From the NCBI GenBank assembly GCA_951406725.2, contig OX597820.1:67332001-67396000 (forward strand): 64,000 bases of DNA. The letters run 5' to 3'. Origin of the DNA: Octopus vulgaris (lineage: Eukaryota). Numbering within the stretch: the first letter of the stretch is position 1; the number at the start of each line of letters is the position of its first letter. Both the position numbers and the translations under genes were made by a program. The notes below the pieces were generated by a model. That model had not been told where the DNA came from. It worked only from the letters and a program-made list of their open reading frames with translations, and ran no database searches. This document shows positions 22,915-35,566 of this stretch, one piece after another.

Positions 22915-23289
22915 TTACTGAATGCAAAAATGCAGAGTATGTGGGAAAAATAATAAATTATCATTTGTATTACTGATAAAACTAATATTAATAAAATTTA
23001 CTTGACATACTTTCATAATAATTTATCATAGAAACAGATGGTAAAATCTATACAGTATGCAAATTAGAATCGCTTTGATAAAATGGCAGAGTTAGGGGGC
23101 TGCTTCTTTTTTTTTTCTTTTTTTTTCAAATATAAGCTTTCGTGACGTTTGGAGGGGTCATCAACATTCGTATACTCCATATCTGATGGCGACAGTGACT
23201 TGAGATGTCCACGTACTGGGTTTTGAAAGCCTATATTTTAACAATCCAGGTGGCTATACTAGTTTCTCATAACCGCATCTAGAAAGCTT

Positions 23290-23930
23290 TTAGTGTTTTA
23301 CATAATACATCCTAATTACATACACATATGTATATATATATATATATTTCATTCTTTTTATTTATCTTATTTCACTAAGTATAGTGTTTTTTTTTTACAA
23401 TGCCTTGCTAGCTTCCTTTGCACTTCCCTACACCTTCCTCTCACCTACAATTTGCTTACTCCTGTACCTTCTTGTACCTTCACTATCCCATATCACGACC
23501 ATCCTACATGTGCACACCTCTATACACCCCACGAAACCACCTACACCCCACATTATTACACACACACCTTCCTGCACGGACACCCCCCTATGCATGCACT
23601 CACCACATCGCCTCCTCTCCTCTTCCTAACTCCTCCTCATAGAACCGCTTTCTCTCCTGGCCTCTAATTTCGTTCTTTTTCTCTTTTCCACCACCTTTCC
23701 TCTTGTTCTTTTCCCCCTTTTTACTTTCTTTTCCTTTCACCTGGTGAAGAACTAGCATCCTAAACGTCAAAGGCTATAGCTCTTCCTTTTAAGCATTATA
23801 CTAATTACACCTTTGTTAAAATTCAATTGGTCTTTACCTTCTTCATCCATCTATCCATGCATACATGCATGCATACATACATACATACATGCATACATAC
23901 ATGCATACATACATACATACATACATACAT

Positions 23931-23965
<35 letters not shown>

Positions 23966-23990
23966 TACATACATACATAGATAGAAAATA
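23290..23990 (+). repeat. Pyrimidine-rich Penelope-like tail remnant followed by a (CATA)n microsatellite
   Basis: Degenerate ctggtgaaga..aaacgtc motif near 23741-23768; (CATA)n at 23855-23980. Confidence 0.45.
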
Positions 23991-24386
23991 CCCATCAAAA
24001 TGTTGTTGATGTTGAAATTCCAATGAAGGAGTCTTGGATCTAGGTTAGAAACCGGTTCTTTCTCTATTGGCAAGAAATCTTGGAATAAACTGGAGAATGA
24101 CATACATACATGATAGTTGTCCACTCTTGACCAAGGAAGACCATCACTGACCATTAAGAACTTTGTGCACTTCACACTTATGTCTTTGCTGGTAGCTAAT
24201 GAGCTCAGCACTTGATAAAACATACATATCTGCAGTTATTGTAGACTAAGCTTCCTCTATTCTCTACTCTGGCTTGCTTAAATTCTGTATGAAAATAGTT
24301 TTTTTTTTAATGCATACATGCATATACATATATGCGTATATACATACATACATACAAATATGCACACGCACACATATATATATATA

Positions 24387-25993
24387 CAGTTGCGGCCAAA
24401 ATGTTCAGACGGCATTGTTTTCGCCAGAAAAGTAGGTATAAGTTTTTATCAAAGTTGTTTTATATTCTATAATTTTCACAGACAATAAATACGATATTAA
24501 TTATTATGGTCTGAGATTTTGGTGTAATTTGAGAGGATAATACAAAAGTTATAGATGATTTAGTGATTTACTGCAAAACCCATGGCGGCCAAAATGATCA
24601 GAACGGTTGCTTTTACTCCGTGTTTTGGTATATTTAACTGGCGAACTCTAATGTTTTGAATTTGTTTATGCGATGGTTGGTTTACTAAACATTAGTAAGA
24701 ATATCTGCAGTGTACTTTGTTAATATAATGCCACTTACTCCGTTACCAATTCGTCAGCAGATTATTAAGCTTCGAAAGAAGGATAATTTAAGTATTGGGT
24801 CTATTGCAAAGATTGTTAACAAGTCAAAAAGTGTTGTTCACGATATTCTTAAGGTCTTCGATGATTGTGGTTCGTGTGAAGCATGAAAGTCTACAGGTAG
24901 GCCAAGAAAAACGACCAAGAGAGAAGATCGTGCTATGGTAAAGTTGGTTAAAAAGGACAGATTTAAAACTGCTGCTGCTGTTTCTCGGGAAATGAGCATT
25001 GTACTGAAGAAAACGTTATCTCGAAAAACTGTGTCTCATCGTTTAGTTGAACATAACCTACAAGCAAGAGCACCTGCAGTGAAGTCACTGATCAGCTCCA
25101 ACCGAACATGTGTTGTGGTCTCAAGAAAAATGGCAAACGGTGCATTTCAGTGATGAATCTAAGTTTATGTTATTTGGCTCAGATGGGAAAAGGTACGTTC
25201 GTTGAAAAGTAGGTGAAAAATTGTCGCCTAAATGCCTTAAGACTAGTGTTAAATTCGGTAGAGGAAGTGTCATGGGATGGGGGATGATATCTGGAGATGG
25301 TGTGGGCTCTTTGGTGCGATTACACGGAAAGGTAAATGCAGGAGTTTATAAACAACTTGTAAAAGATCATGTCTTGCCTGTGCTGAGAAATTCAACTAAG
25401 CGACCACTCATATTCATGCAGGACAATGCCCCATGTCACAAGGCTAAGGTGGTCATGAACTTCCTCAAGGCTGAAAAGGTTATTATTATGGATTGGCCTG
25501 CTCAAAGCCCAGATTTCAATCCTATTGAAAATGTGTGGAATATTCTAGGAGAACGTTCGAAAGCCAGAAATCCTAAAACAACCGAGCAATTATGGAATGC
25601 CCTTCAGGAAGAATGGAATAAGATCACCTAGCAAGAAATTGAAAATTTAATTTCCTCATGCAGTCAAAGATGTCAAAGTGTGATTGAAGCTAAAGGGCTT
25701 CACACTAAATATTAAATAATTCCAGTATTCTCTGACATTTTTGATTATTTTGTTATTTTTTCAACTGTTCTGATCCTTTTGGCCGTCATGAGTTTTGCAG
25801 TAAATCACTAAATCATCCATAACTTTTGTATTATCCTCTCAAATTACACCAGACAATAACAATCTCAGACAATAACAATTAATATCGTATTTATTGTCTG
25901 TGAAAATTATAGAACATAAAACAACTTTGATAAAAACTTATATCTACTTTTCTGGCGAAAACAATGCCGTTCTGAACATTTTGGCCGCAACTG
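24387..25993 (+). mobile_element. Near full-length Tc1 (DD34E) transposon, IR/DR type
   Basis: TA TSDs; ~225 bp TIRs starting cagttgcggccaaaatgttcaga, with an inner direct repeat gcggccaaaatgatcagaac. Confidence 0.95.
24728..25715 (+). pseudogene. Tc1 transposase pseudogene
   Basis: MPLTPLPIRQQII..GRPRKT..FSDE..QDNAPCH..WPAQSPDFNPIENVW..GLHTKY*; 34 residues between D and E; three in-frame stops and a frameshifting deletion near 25099. Confidence 0.9.
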
Positions 25994-26056
25994 TATACAC
26001 ACACATATATATATATACACACACACATATATATACATACATATACATATATATAC

Positions 26057-26092
<36 letters not shown>

Positions 26093-26298
26093 TGGTTGTA
26101 TACTGTTAACATAACGTGACAGTCCCGTAAAGGGAATTACACCACCGCTATTTAGCCCTAGGAAGCATCGACACTTCCTGTCGGCTTTAACACATTTCCT
26201 GTGTCCTTATATATATATATGACCTGTCGTTTTTTTGTGTCGTCTCCTTGTGTTCTTGTCTACTTAGTAATTTATATTTTATGTTAAATTGCATATAT

Positions 26299-26442
26299 AT
26301 ATAAAGGGCATTCCTACACATAAATAATGCCTCATGCTATGAGGGACTCTATAAGTCAAAACTACCATAATGAATATGGTAGTCTTGACTTATAGAGTCC
26401 CTCATAGCATGAGATAGTTACATGTAGTAATGCCCTTTATAT
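26299..26442. repeat. Near-perfect long hairpin / palindromic MITE
   Basis: 39 bp inner arms (26331-26369, 26375-26413) with 1 mismatch; outer arms atataaagggcattcctaca / tgtagtaatgccctttatat. Confidence 0.85.
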
Positions 26443-27303
26443 GAATAAATATATTTAAAGGGAATAATTATGAATTTTTCCCTTGTGAGGTTTTTGACGC
26501 TGACTACTAGATAAATTCTTATCCCATTTTTAAATTTTATGTGTGTGTGTGTGTGTGCATGTATACATATATTATAATATGTCTTTGATAGAAGTTGACA
26601 CATGACTGAATAAGACAACTTCTTAGTATCAAGTCTGTGGTTGTTGTTTTTTTATACTAGATGTAACTCAGGATATTTAATTTCTTTTTCTAGTGTTATA
26701 TAATAAATAAAGGTTTATTAAAATATCACAAATAATAATAGGAACTTAATTTTTTTTTGAGTGGGTAAAGTGTTGCACAGCACTGAACCCACTTTTTAGT
26801 GCAAACAGCTATACAACTGTTAGCATAACAAAAGATGAGACATCAGAAACTAAATGCACTTTGGATTTTTTTATACAAGTTTACCTTCTCCTGAAAAGAA
26901 GGTCTACTGAGAATTAGGAGTCCTTCACTCACAGTTGTTAACATACTAGTTAATCCGTAGCTAGGACCTTGACAGGTGCTTCTACCAAAGGTCAGAGTAG
27001 ACATATGAACAAATAATAGCTAATAGGTGATTCCATGCACATTAAAACCTTGAAACTTGAACCAGAGCTCCACTACTGGATGCCGTTTAAAGTCATACTC
27101 AGGACATACAATATATACATGCATGCATACATACATTTATAAATACATACAAGCATGTATGCATGCATACACACATTTAAACATGTATTGGCTTCTGTCT
27201 ATGCAAAATCAGATAGACAGAAACAGTATGGTACCCTGTCAGGAATTCAAAGTCCATTTGTCATACTGTCATGCTGATTCTAGTTGAGATTTAAATACTA
27301 ATT

Positions 27304-27439
27304 AAACTTAAATGTTGAAGTGAATCGAACGGCTTTTGTGTGTTTCTTAAATGGCTTACAAACACCTTCCATGCTGCAATTGTTTTCGTTTCAGCACATG
27401 ATCTCAGATCAAATCACTTGCTATGCAAGTACATCTCCG
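27304..27439. mobile_element. Short unclassified insertion between 12 bp direct repeats
   Basis: taaatactaatt at 27292-27303 and 27440-27451. Confidence 0.5.
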
Positions 27440-27600
27440 TAAATACTAATTGTTCTATATTTAATCTGTCTATAAATATCCGTTGAACGTAAATAATGTT
27501 AAATACTCATTGTTTCACACACTAATTGAATGTGTTGGTTGGTCAGTTGTGCATTTATATATATAGAGATATAGATATAGATATAAATATTCATACATAC

Positions 27601-27651
<51 letters not shown>

Positions 27652-28405
27652 CATGCATACACATACACACAGAAATATTTATATAACGGTATAGGAATAT
27701 ATATGCATATACACGTATATGTATAAACAAACATATATGCATGTACGTTTTCTAATAAATATTCATGTATATGTGTGTGTGCATAAAGTGGTTGGTATTA
27801 GGAAGGGCATCCAGCCATAGAAACCATGCCAAAACAGACAAAACAGCACTCAGGCAGCTCTCCAGCTGGTCAGCTCCTCACAAACCCTCCAACCCAGCAT
27901 GGAGAACAGATGACATCATCATCATCATCATCATCACCATGGTGATGGTGGTGATGATGTACAATATTAAAGACTCGTAATAGTCAAATTACCAGTTTGT
28001 TTCATACTGGAGGTGGAGAACCATCTCCAGCAATCATCAGAAATGGCTGAAAGGAACAGCATAGCATAGGTTCTGTCATCAGAGGACTGACAGTTTCATA
28101 TCTAACTTGTGGCTCTTAGGTCTATTGTGCCAAGAAATCACCCAGATCAAAGCCTTGGAAAAATATTTTGGAGTTATGTCCCTTGGATTTGGACCAAAAT
28201 GAGCCACCTTGACTTCAAAAATATTTGTTGAGTGGGGTTGGAGATGGGATAAGGGCAGGATGAAGTAGAGGTGCAAGGGGAAATGAGGAAAGTGGGGAGG
28301 GTTAATTTTAAAATCATGTGTGATGATGTACATGAATGTGTGTGTGTGTATTAGCTGGCGCTGTTAGTATTGTTAATGGTGTTGTTATATATATATATAT
28401 ATATA

Positions 28406-28640
28406 TACCGGAGTAAGCACATAAATGTGAAACAAGGTGGAAAAAAAGAGTACTCAAATACCAGAGGTAGAGTAACATGCTTCATTTAAAAGCAGCAGAA
28501 ATATAACAAATATAACAGCAGAAATATAACAGAGTTTCACATTATTTCTGTTCTATTTTAACAAAACTGTCTGACGAACGGGAACATGAAACTCTGAGTA
28601 ACAGCTTTTGTTATATTTCAGCTGCTTTTAAATAAAGCAC
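28406..28640 (+). mobile_element. Penelope-like palindromic remnant in a (TA)n tract
   Basis: Inverted arms tttaaaagcagcagaaatataacaaa / tttgttatatttcagctgcttttaaa surround a hammerhead motif. Confidence 0.6.
28567..28604 (+). ncRNA. Minimal type I hammerhead ribozyme motif
   Basis: CUGU-CUGACGA-ACG-GGAA-CAU-GAAA-CUCUGAG-UA-ACAG: stem I CUGU/ACAG, core intact, one mismatch in stem II. Confidence 0.7.
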
Positions 28641-28904
28641 ATATATATATATATTTAAAAAAAAGGAGGCAGTCAGAATTTTGGATAATTTTTTATTAGC
28701 GCTTTCATCTGTAAACTTAATATCTATTATTATTGGAGCAACAGAATACATGCCAACAAGTCTGGAGCAAAGTCTGGAACTGAATATAGGTTCTTGGGGA
28801 GAGAAAACAACTTCTTAATTCATACACTACAAATGATCCCAATATCTGGAGGAGGGGGAGGGGGAAGAGGAGAGGAGGAGGAGGGGCCGACAATGACGAC
28901 GACT

Positions 28905-29870
28905 TATTTCCATAGAGCAAAAGAAACATACATGCCATGCCACTATAATAGTAAGACATTGTCTCAGAAGAGGTGTTTGACACCTCACAGATGTATTTAA
29001 ATGGGAGAAAAATTATTTCAATGTGCTTTGTAAGGTAAATCATTCAATTCAAATATATATTTTGGACCCTTTTATGTAATTACATCAGAGACAAATCAGA
29101 CATTTGCAATATCTGTGTGCAAAATGGCAGCAAGCTGACAAAATTGTTTGCATACTGGACAAAATGCTTAGCAGCATTTTACTCTTTTACTTGTTTCAGT
29201 CATTTGACTGCAGCCATGCTGGAGCACCACCTTTAGTCGAGCAAATCGCCCCCAGGACTTATTCTTTGGAAGTCTAGTACTTATTCTATCAGTCTCTTTT
29301 GCTTAACCGCTAAGTTACGGGGACGTAAATACACCAGCATTGGTTGTCAAGAGATTTGGGGGGGACAAACACAGACACACAAACATATGCACACACATAC
29401 ATATATATATACGACAGGCTCTTTCAGTTTCCATCTACCGAATCCACTCACAAGGCTTTAATCAGTCCGAGGCTATAGTAGAAAACACTTGCCCAAGGTC
29501 CTACACAGTGGGACTGAACCCAGAACCATGTGGTTGGTAAGCAAGCTACTTACCACACAGCCACTCCTGTGCCTATTTTATTCATTTTTATGTCTTGAGT
29601 ACAAATTCCACTGAGGTTAACTTTGCCTTTTATCCTTCCAGGGTTGATAAAATAAGTACTAGGTAAACTCTGGAATCGAATTATCCCTTTCACCCAAAAT
29701 TACTGGTTTCATGCCAAAATTTGAAATCAATATCTCTGTGCAAAATCTTGCACATAATTCATTGTTATCTATCCATAAATGTATTCCACACAGGTGATAA
29801 ATTATACCAATGCAATATCTATGCTAAAATATTCTCTCAGAATTGGGATTTAACTAATTATCAAAGTAAG
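28905..29870 (+). pseudogene. Decayed C2H2 zinc-finger paralogue interrupted by nested SINEs
   Basis: Reconstructed: SKTLSQKRCLTPHRCI*MGEKLFQCAL*GKSFNSN..YIRDKSDICNICVQN[insert 29126-29727]LAHNSLLSIHKCI/HTGDKLYQCNIYAKIFSQNWDLTNY; at least 4 fingers with stops and frameshifts. Confidence 0.8.
29126..29727 (+). mobile_element. Family C SINE with a nested inverted family A SINE (29177-29573, -)
   Basis: Flanking direct repeats caatatctgtgtgcaaaat (29107-29125) and caatatctctgtgcaaaat (29728-29746). Confidence 0.85.
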
Positions 29871-31910
29871 AACCTCCACTATAAGGACCTGTTCTTGTTG
29901 GGTGCCTCAATGACCCTTGAGAGCTAAGCTTCTAGTAGTGCCTCCCCTGGTTGGACAGGTCAAAGGATAGAGGCCAGACTAATCTGGACCACCTCTTTCT
30001 AGAACTAAAAATGGGTTTATGTAAGGCCAATACCCCTACCTTGTAAAAAGCAAAATTACAGAAGTGTTAACAACAATTCAAAACCAACAAAACCTGTGAG
30101 AGGAAAAGCTAGTCCTGAGTCATGAAGTGAAGAAAAGTCATCAATGGTCTATGCTTCATCGATAGTGAAGGGCCCAACATTAACAACATCGAAGTGAGAA
30201 TATGGTAGAGTAATAATGGTTTCAAATTCTAACACAAAGCCAGCAATGTCCAGGGAGAGGTTAAGACAAGTACATCAACTCCAGTACTTAACTGGTACTT
30301 ATTCTACTGACTGTGAAAGGATGAAAGGCAAAGTCGACCTTGGCAGAATTTGAACTCAGAACATGAAAGTGGATGAAATGCCACTAAGAATTTTGCCCAG
30401 CACAAGGCTTGAAATTTTGGGGTGGGAGCAAGTCGATTATATCAATCCTTGTATGTAAATGATACGTATTTCATTGACCAAATCCACTCACAAGGCTTTG
30501 GTCAGCCCGAGGCTATAGTAGAAGACACTTGCCCAAGGTGTAATGCAGTGGGACTGAACCCAGAACCATGTAGTTGGGAAGCAAGCTTCTTACCACACAG
30601 CCACATCTGCACCTATAAGTAGAATTATTTTTTAACATGGCGCCAACATGGATGCATTTTATGTGGCACCTGCATGGATGCTTTTTACATGACACCAGCA
30701 TGGGCACTCTCTATGTGGCACCAGCACAGGTGCTTTGTATGTGGCACTGGCACAGTGATTTTAACGTGGAACAGGCACAGGTGATTTTTATGTGTCTTTA
30801 TTCTGAAAACCAGGAATGGATCTAAAACTTTTAAAACTTATTCAACTCTTTGATTAAGAAAGAAGAATTATATCAATACAGGCCATTGCTATTATGCAAA
30901 AGTGTCGCAAGTCTAAAATGTTGCTTTATCAGGAAACGAAAAAATAGTTTCACCATTCCATAGCAAAATTGTTGTACTACACTTTGACAATTTTTGATAT
31001 CTTGGCATCTAAAGCAGTTGGAGATACAATAGTTTGACCAAGAGAACCAGCTATTGTAAGCAAAAATATATATTCAGAAAAACACATTTGGCCAAATTTG
31101 GATATACATAATATTTAACATAATAGCAAGGAAACTGTTTTATCTTCTCATTACTGTGGTGGGGAGGGGTAAGCAAATTTACCAAGATATTTCTGTGGAG
31201 GTTCATTGGTGGGAGTGGAAAGAAGTGTACAAATATATTTTTATAGAGTAGAAGTTGTTATTCTTGAAGTCGAGTGTGGGAGATAATACAAAAATTGAAA
31301 CTTTGGTGGGAAAAAATTATTTTCCAGAGATTTGGCTGTTATTTCTAGCATGATGAGAGACCACATTGATGCCTCCCACATTTCGTCTGCTGGTTCAACA
31401 GTACCCATGCATGCACAAATGAGTGGACAGGTTATAAAACATCTGGAAGGTTGGTATGGAGTTGAGATGAAGTGGGAGTGGGCATTCCAAAAGCTGGAAA
31501 AAAAGAGTTGCGGGGGGGGGGATTTTAAAGAATTGAAATTTAGAGAAAACAAAATTTTCTCCAGATATGGCTGCGATTAAGAAGTTCGCTTTGCAAACAA
31601 GTGGTTTTGGGTTCAGTCTCACAGTACGGCACCTTGGGCGAGTGTCTTCTATTATAGTCCTGGGCTGACTAATGCCTTGTGAATGAATATGGTAGGCGGA
31701 AAGGGAGTGGAAGCCCATCATGTATGCGTTTGTGTGTATGTTTATTCGACACAGTTTGATAACCGGTGCTGGTTTGTTTACATCCCCACAATGAAACAGT
31801 TCGTCAAGAGAAACCGATAGAATAGTTTGTTTTTTAATGTACTTTCAATGGCCCCAGTATGGCCGCTGTGCAATAGCTGAAACAAGTAAGTGATTTAAAA
31901 AAATTGTATT

Positions 31911-32905
31911 GGCATAACTACAGAAGTGTACTTCCCCGACTTTGTTGCCTCATAACTTCCAGAAAAGTGGATACTTTTTAACGAAATTTTTAACAAATAT
32001 CGCTTAGATGCTGTGGATTTATAGTATATAGGGGTTTATGGGAAAGAATTTTTCTGAGAGGGAGGGGAGAAGAGTTTCGGAAAATTCACACGATCCGACT
32101 TTTTTCTATTATAACTTTCAGAAAATGGGTATCTTTTTTTGCAAAAAAAAAAATCATAATTTTTCAATTTTTTTTTAAAGCAAATAAATGTATTAATGGG
32201 GAGAAAATTATTGAAAAGCACGAACACATTCGAGAGCGAGAAGGGTTGCCTTAGGATGTGCTAGAAACAACAGCAAATCTCCCTTAGATCACTCAGATTT
32301 CCCTCTGAAAATATTAATTTTTTTTAATGTCTTTTTTTGGGGTTTTTTTTACCGAAAAGGCTTCTTCTATGGTTTTGAAGTGCCAAAAACTTGGCTAAAA
32401 TCGGTCCTGGGTGGAATGATGAAGCGCGGGGGCGGGGTACAAAAAATTTTCAAAACTTTTTTCATCATAAGATGCCCCCACCCCATCATTTCGAAGGCTG
32501 TGGTTAAATAAGAAATGGGGAAAATCCCCGTCAAAACGGAGTAGTTCCAACTTATTTGGTCTTCCTGATCCGAAACTCTGTTTTTTCAAAACTCTTCTCA
32601 CAAAAGAAATTTTCCCCACAAATTTCCTTATAATCGTAATCTATGCCGTTTGAAAAGTAATTGTATAAAATTTCATTAAAAGGTATCCATTTTCCTAAAA
32701 GTTACGAGGAGGAAAATTTGGATCGTGTGAATTTTCCGAAACTCCTCTCCCTACCCCCTCGGAACAATTCTTTCTCATAAATCCCTATATACTCTGAATT
32801 CATAGCATCTAAAGTGTATTTGCTGAAAATTTCGTTAAAAGGTATCCATTTTTCTGGAAGTTATGAGGCAAGAAAGTGGGTGGGGTACACAGCTGTAGTT
32901 ATGCC
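31911..32905. mobile_element. Non-autonomous long-TIR DNA transposon (foldback; possibly Merlin-like)
   Basis: TIRs of more than 200 bp beginning ggcataactacag; 8 bp TSD attgtatt / attgtatc; no transposase. Confidence 0.8.
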
Positions 32906-34149
32906 ATTGTATCCCCCACCCCCATCCATAGAATTTAAGAACTTAAAACAAAACAGTAATTCGGAAAAAATGAAAAGCAAATTTGAGAAGCTGTTCTGGG
33001 AGAGCAAAATCATCATATTAGTTGTTGAAAACAAAGATGCGAAGAAATTTTAAAAAACAAAAAAACTAGAGGTGCATAGAGGATGTGTTCGACAGGTCCA
33101 CCAAAACTGTATTAGTTTAATTACCTTACAATTAATTTACTTTATTGCTTTCAATTAAATGCAGTTTTCCCAGTAACTTTTTTCTACTCGAAACTGTGAC
33201 TACAGGTTTTTGTAGGGGGTTTTTTTTCACTATAGCAACATCGCCTAAAAGATCCTTTATCTTAAACAACACAACAATATAAAAATAAACAACAAAAGCG
33301 AAATTCCAAACAATCCGACACGAAATAATTTAGGAACGAACAACGAAAATTCTAAGCAACACGACACCATCACTCTCCCCAGATCAACACCGCCACCGTC
33401 GCCACTACCGTCACAACCATCACCATCGTTACTATCGTCCCCGCCGTCACTACTACAACTAACTCCGCCGCCGCCGTCACAACAACCACTACAAGTACTA
33501 CAACTACCGCCACTACTATTATTACCACCTCAAAATATCTCCAGTGACAAACATACTGACCGCAACACACCATCAATAAAAGAAAAAAGATCTTCCGCGG
33601 CTGCCGAAATAGTTTGATCCCAGTAAAAATTTGACAGAGCAATATTGGCACATTAATATTTTTTTTTAAATCGCGATAAATAAATAAATGAATGAATAAA
33701 AGCATATATAAAGTCGCGCAATATTTCGCAAATTTTTAAAAATCACAATCGGAAAAAAATTTCGTACAACTAACCGATAGGGATTATATTTGCATATGCA
33801 ATTAACCGGTCGATTTTTTATAATCATTTCATGTTAATTTTTCATTTTTTCTTTTGTTTCGAAAAGTAATTATCCAGTATGCAATTAAGCGGAATCAACT
33901 ACATTATCCAAAAATACCAGCGAAAGAAAATTATAACTATCATAAAAAAAAAAGAGCCTATAGCTAAGATATGATTTATAATAATTTATCCCAGGAACAT
34001 CTAGTTCCTACATAGTCTAAAAACTATTCCTGTTCGTGTTGCTGCCTATTGATTTTTTTTTTTACCATCTTATATTTCGTAATTTAAAAAAAAATGTAAT
34101 TAAAATTTTGTTTTCACACATTGTATTATATTATTTCTGTTGAAATATT

Positions 34150-34327
34150 TCAGCTACGAAAGTAAAGCTGTTAGTTTGGTCAATTACTTATGTTGGATAT
34201 TCAGTCTGTTAATGTCTTTCAGTAAGATAATAACTAAATCTGTGCTGTCTGTTAATGTCCTCATATTCTACATCTGTCACACCTACTTTACACATTAAAT
34301 AGTGAAGAAACATAGAAAACAGTAAGT
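34150..34327 (+). promoter_or_regulatory. Putative non-coding exon of ZNF2 with TCAGCTACGAAA motif and GTAAGT donor (34322-34327)
   Basis: Three-way homology with 22561-22914 (-) and 50456-50654 (+). Confidence 0.7.
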
Positions 34328-35566
34328 TCTATAAATATATATCTCTACTCATTACCAACCTTAAGTGTATTGTGTTGTATTTAATTAATATAAACCTATT
34401 TAATTAACTATTTGTGCCGATTTTCTTTACGTTCACATTCTTCGAATAACTTATAAATCTGTGTTATTTAATAAGTTTCTTTCTGGCTTTTTGATTTTAT
34501 TCTACTTCTTTATATGTCTGTTCCGAAATAATATTATGATTATTGACGTTTCAAATAAAGGAGAAAATATAAAATAGTTTTTTTTTTTCTTTTCACTTTG
34601 TTATTCCTCTAATATTTTAATTTCCTAGTTGTCTTTAATACTAGTGACCAAGCTGTCTGCCTTCGTGGGTATTACCTTTTTTTTCTAAATTGTACAAAAC
34701 ACGGTTATCTTTATTGTGTAGTACCAGATTAGCCCTGATCAAATTGGCGATGATCATCTCATTTTTTATTCTGACAGTATATCTAGGACTAAATTATTTA
34801 TAGTGTCATATTTTTTTTTTAATGTGACGTGATTTGGTTGCTATTTTTAGCAGGCTGCACGATCAAGCGTTGGCTTGAACACTTGGTTAAATTATTTACT
34901 TCAGTGAGTATCTTGTCATTCATGTATACGATATTTCTTCGATTAAGTACATAGAAACAGAGGTGGACAAAATACTTAGAGCCAATATGGAATATGCCAA
35001 CACTGCTGGATCCCCAATCTCTACACAAGAAACCATAACAAAATACATAAAACTCGCGAGACTATGAGTTCGCGCGACATGCTAGAAATCACAACTAAAT
35101 ATCTCTCAACTCACAGCATCTTTAAAAATATATGTATATTGGACAATACAGTTCAAGATGGATTTTAAAAAAAACGAGGTGGTTGCAACCAGAATACCTT
35201 TCTGATTGATCATAGATCTGCTCAACCAAGGGCAAAGAACACATAACTGAGAACTTTGGATCATCATAGACGAACTACTCAACAAAGGTGCTCAAAATGA
35301 AAAACCCACCCGCAAGTGTGAATTACATGCTTTGTTTCTGAAACGATCTTCCACCCTCTCAATCCCTGCCACTACATGCACAAGCACCCAAGGATGCTGT
35401 TACAACACCATCCTCAAGATGCTCTCTCCCTCTCAGTTCAGATGAACTGCAAAATTGTATAACAAACAGTTGCTGAACTATATGCAGCCAGAACTCAAGA
35501 AAGTCTTACAAAGAAACTGAAATGAGTTCAGAGAAAAAATTACTCTACTGTAAGATAGATCTAAGT

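Noticed and set aside
23047-23262. Possible second Helitron (A|TC...CTAG|T)
   Set aside because: No convincing subterminal hairpin and no similarity to 40689-41072; the termini could be chance.
33370-33705. 111 aa Val-rich hydrophobic ORF on the minus strand
   Set aside because: Derived from ACN triplet repeats; no domain or splice support.
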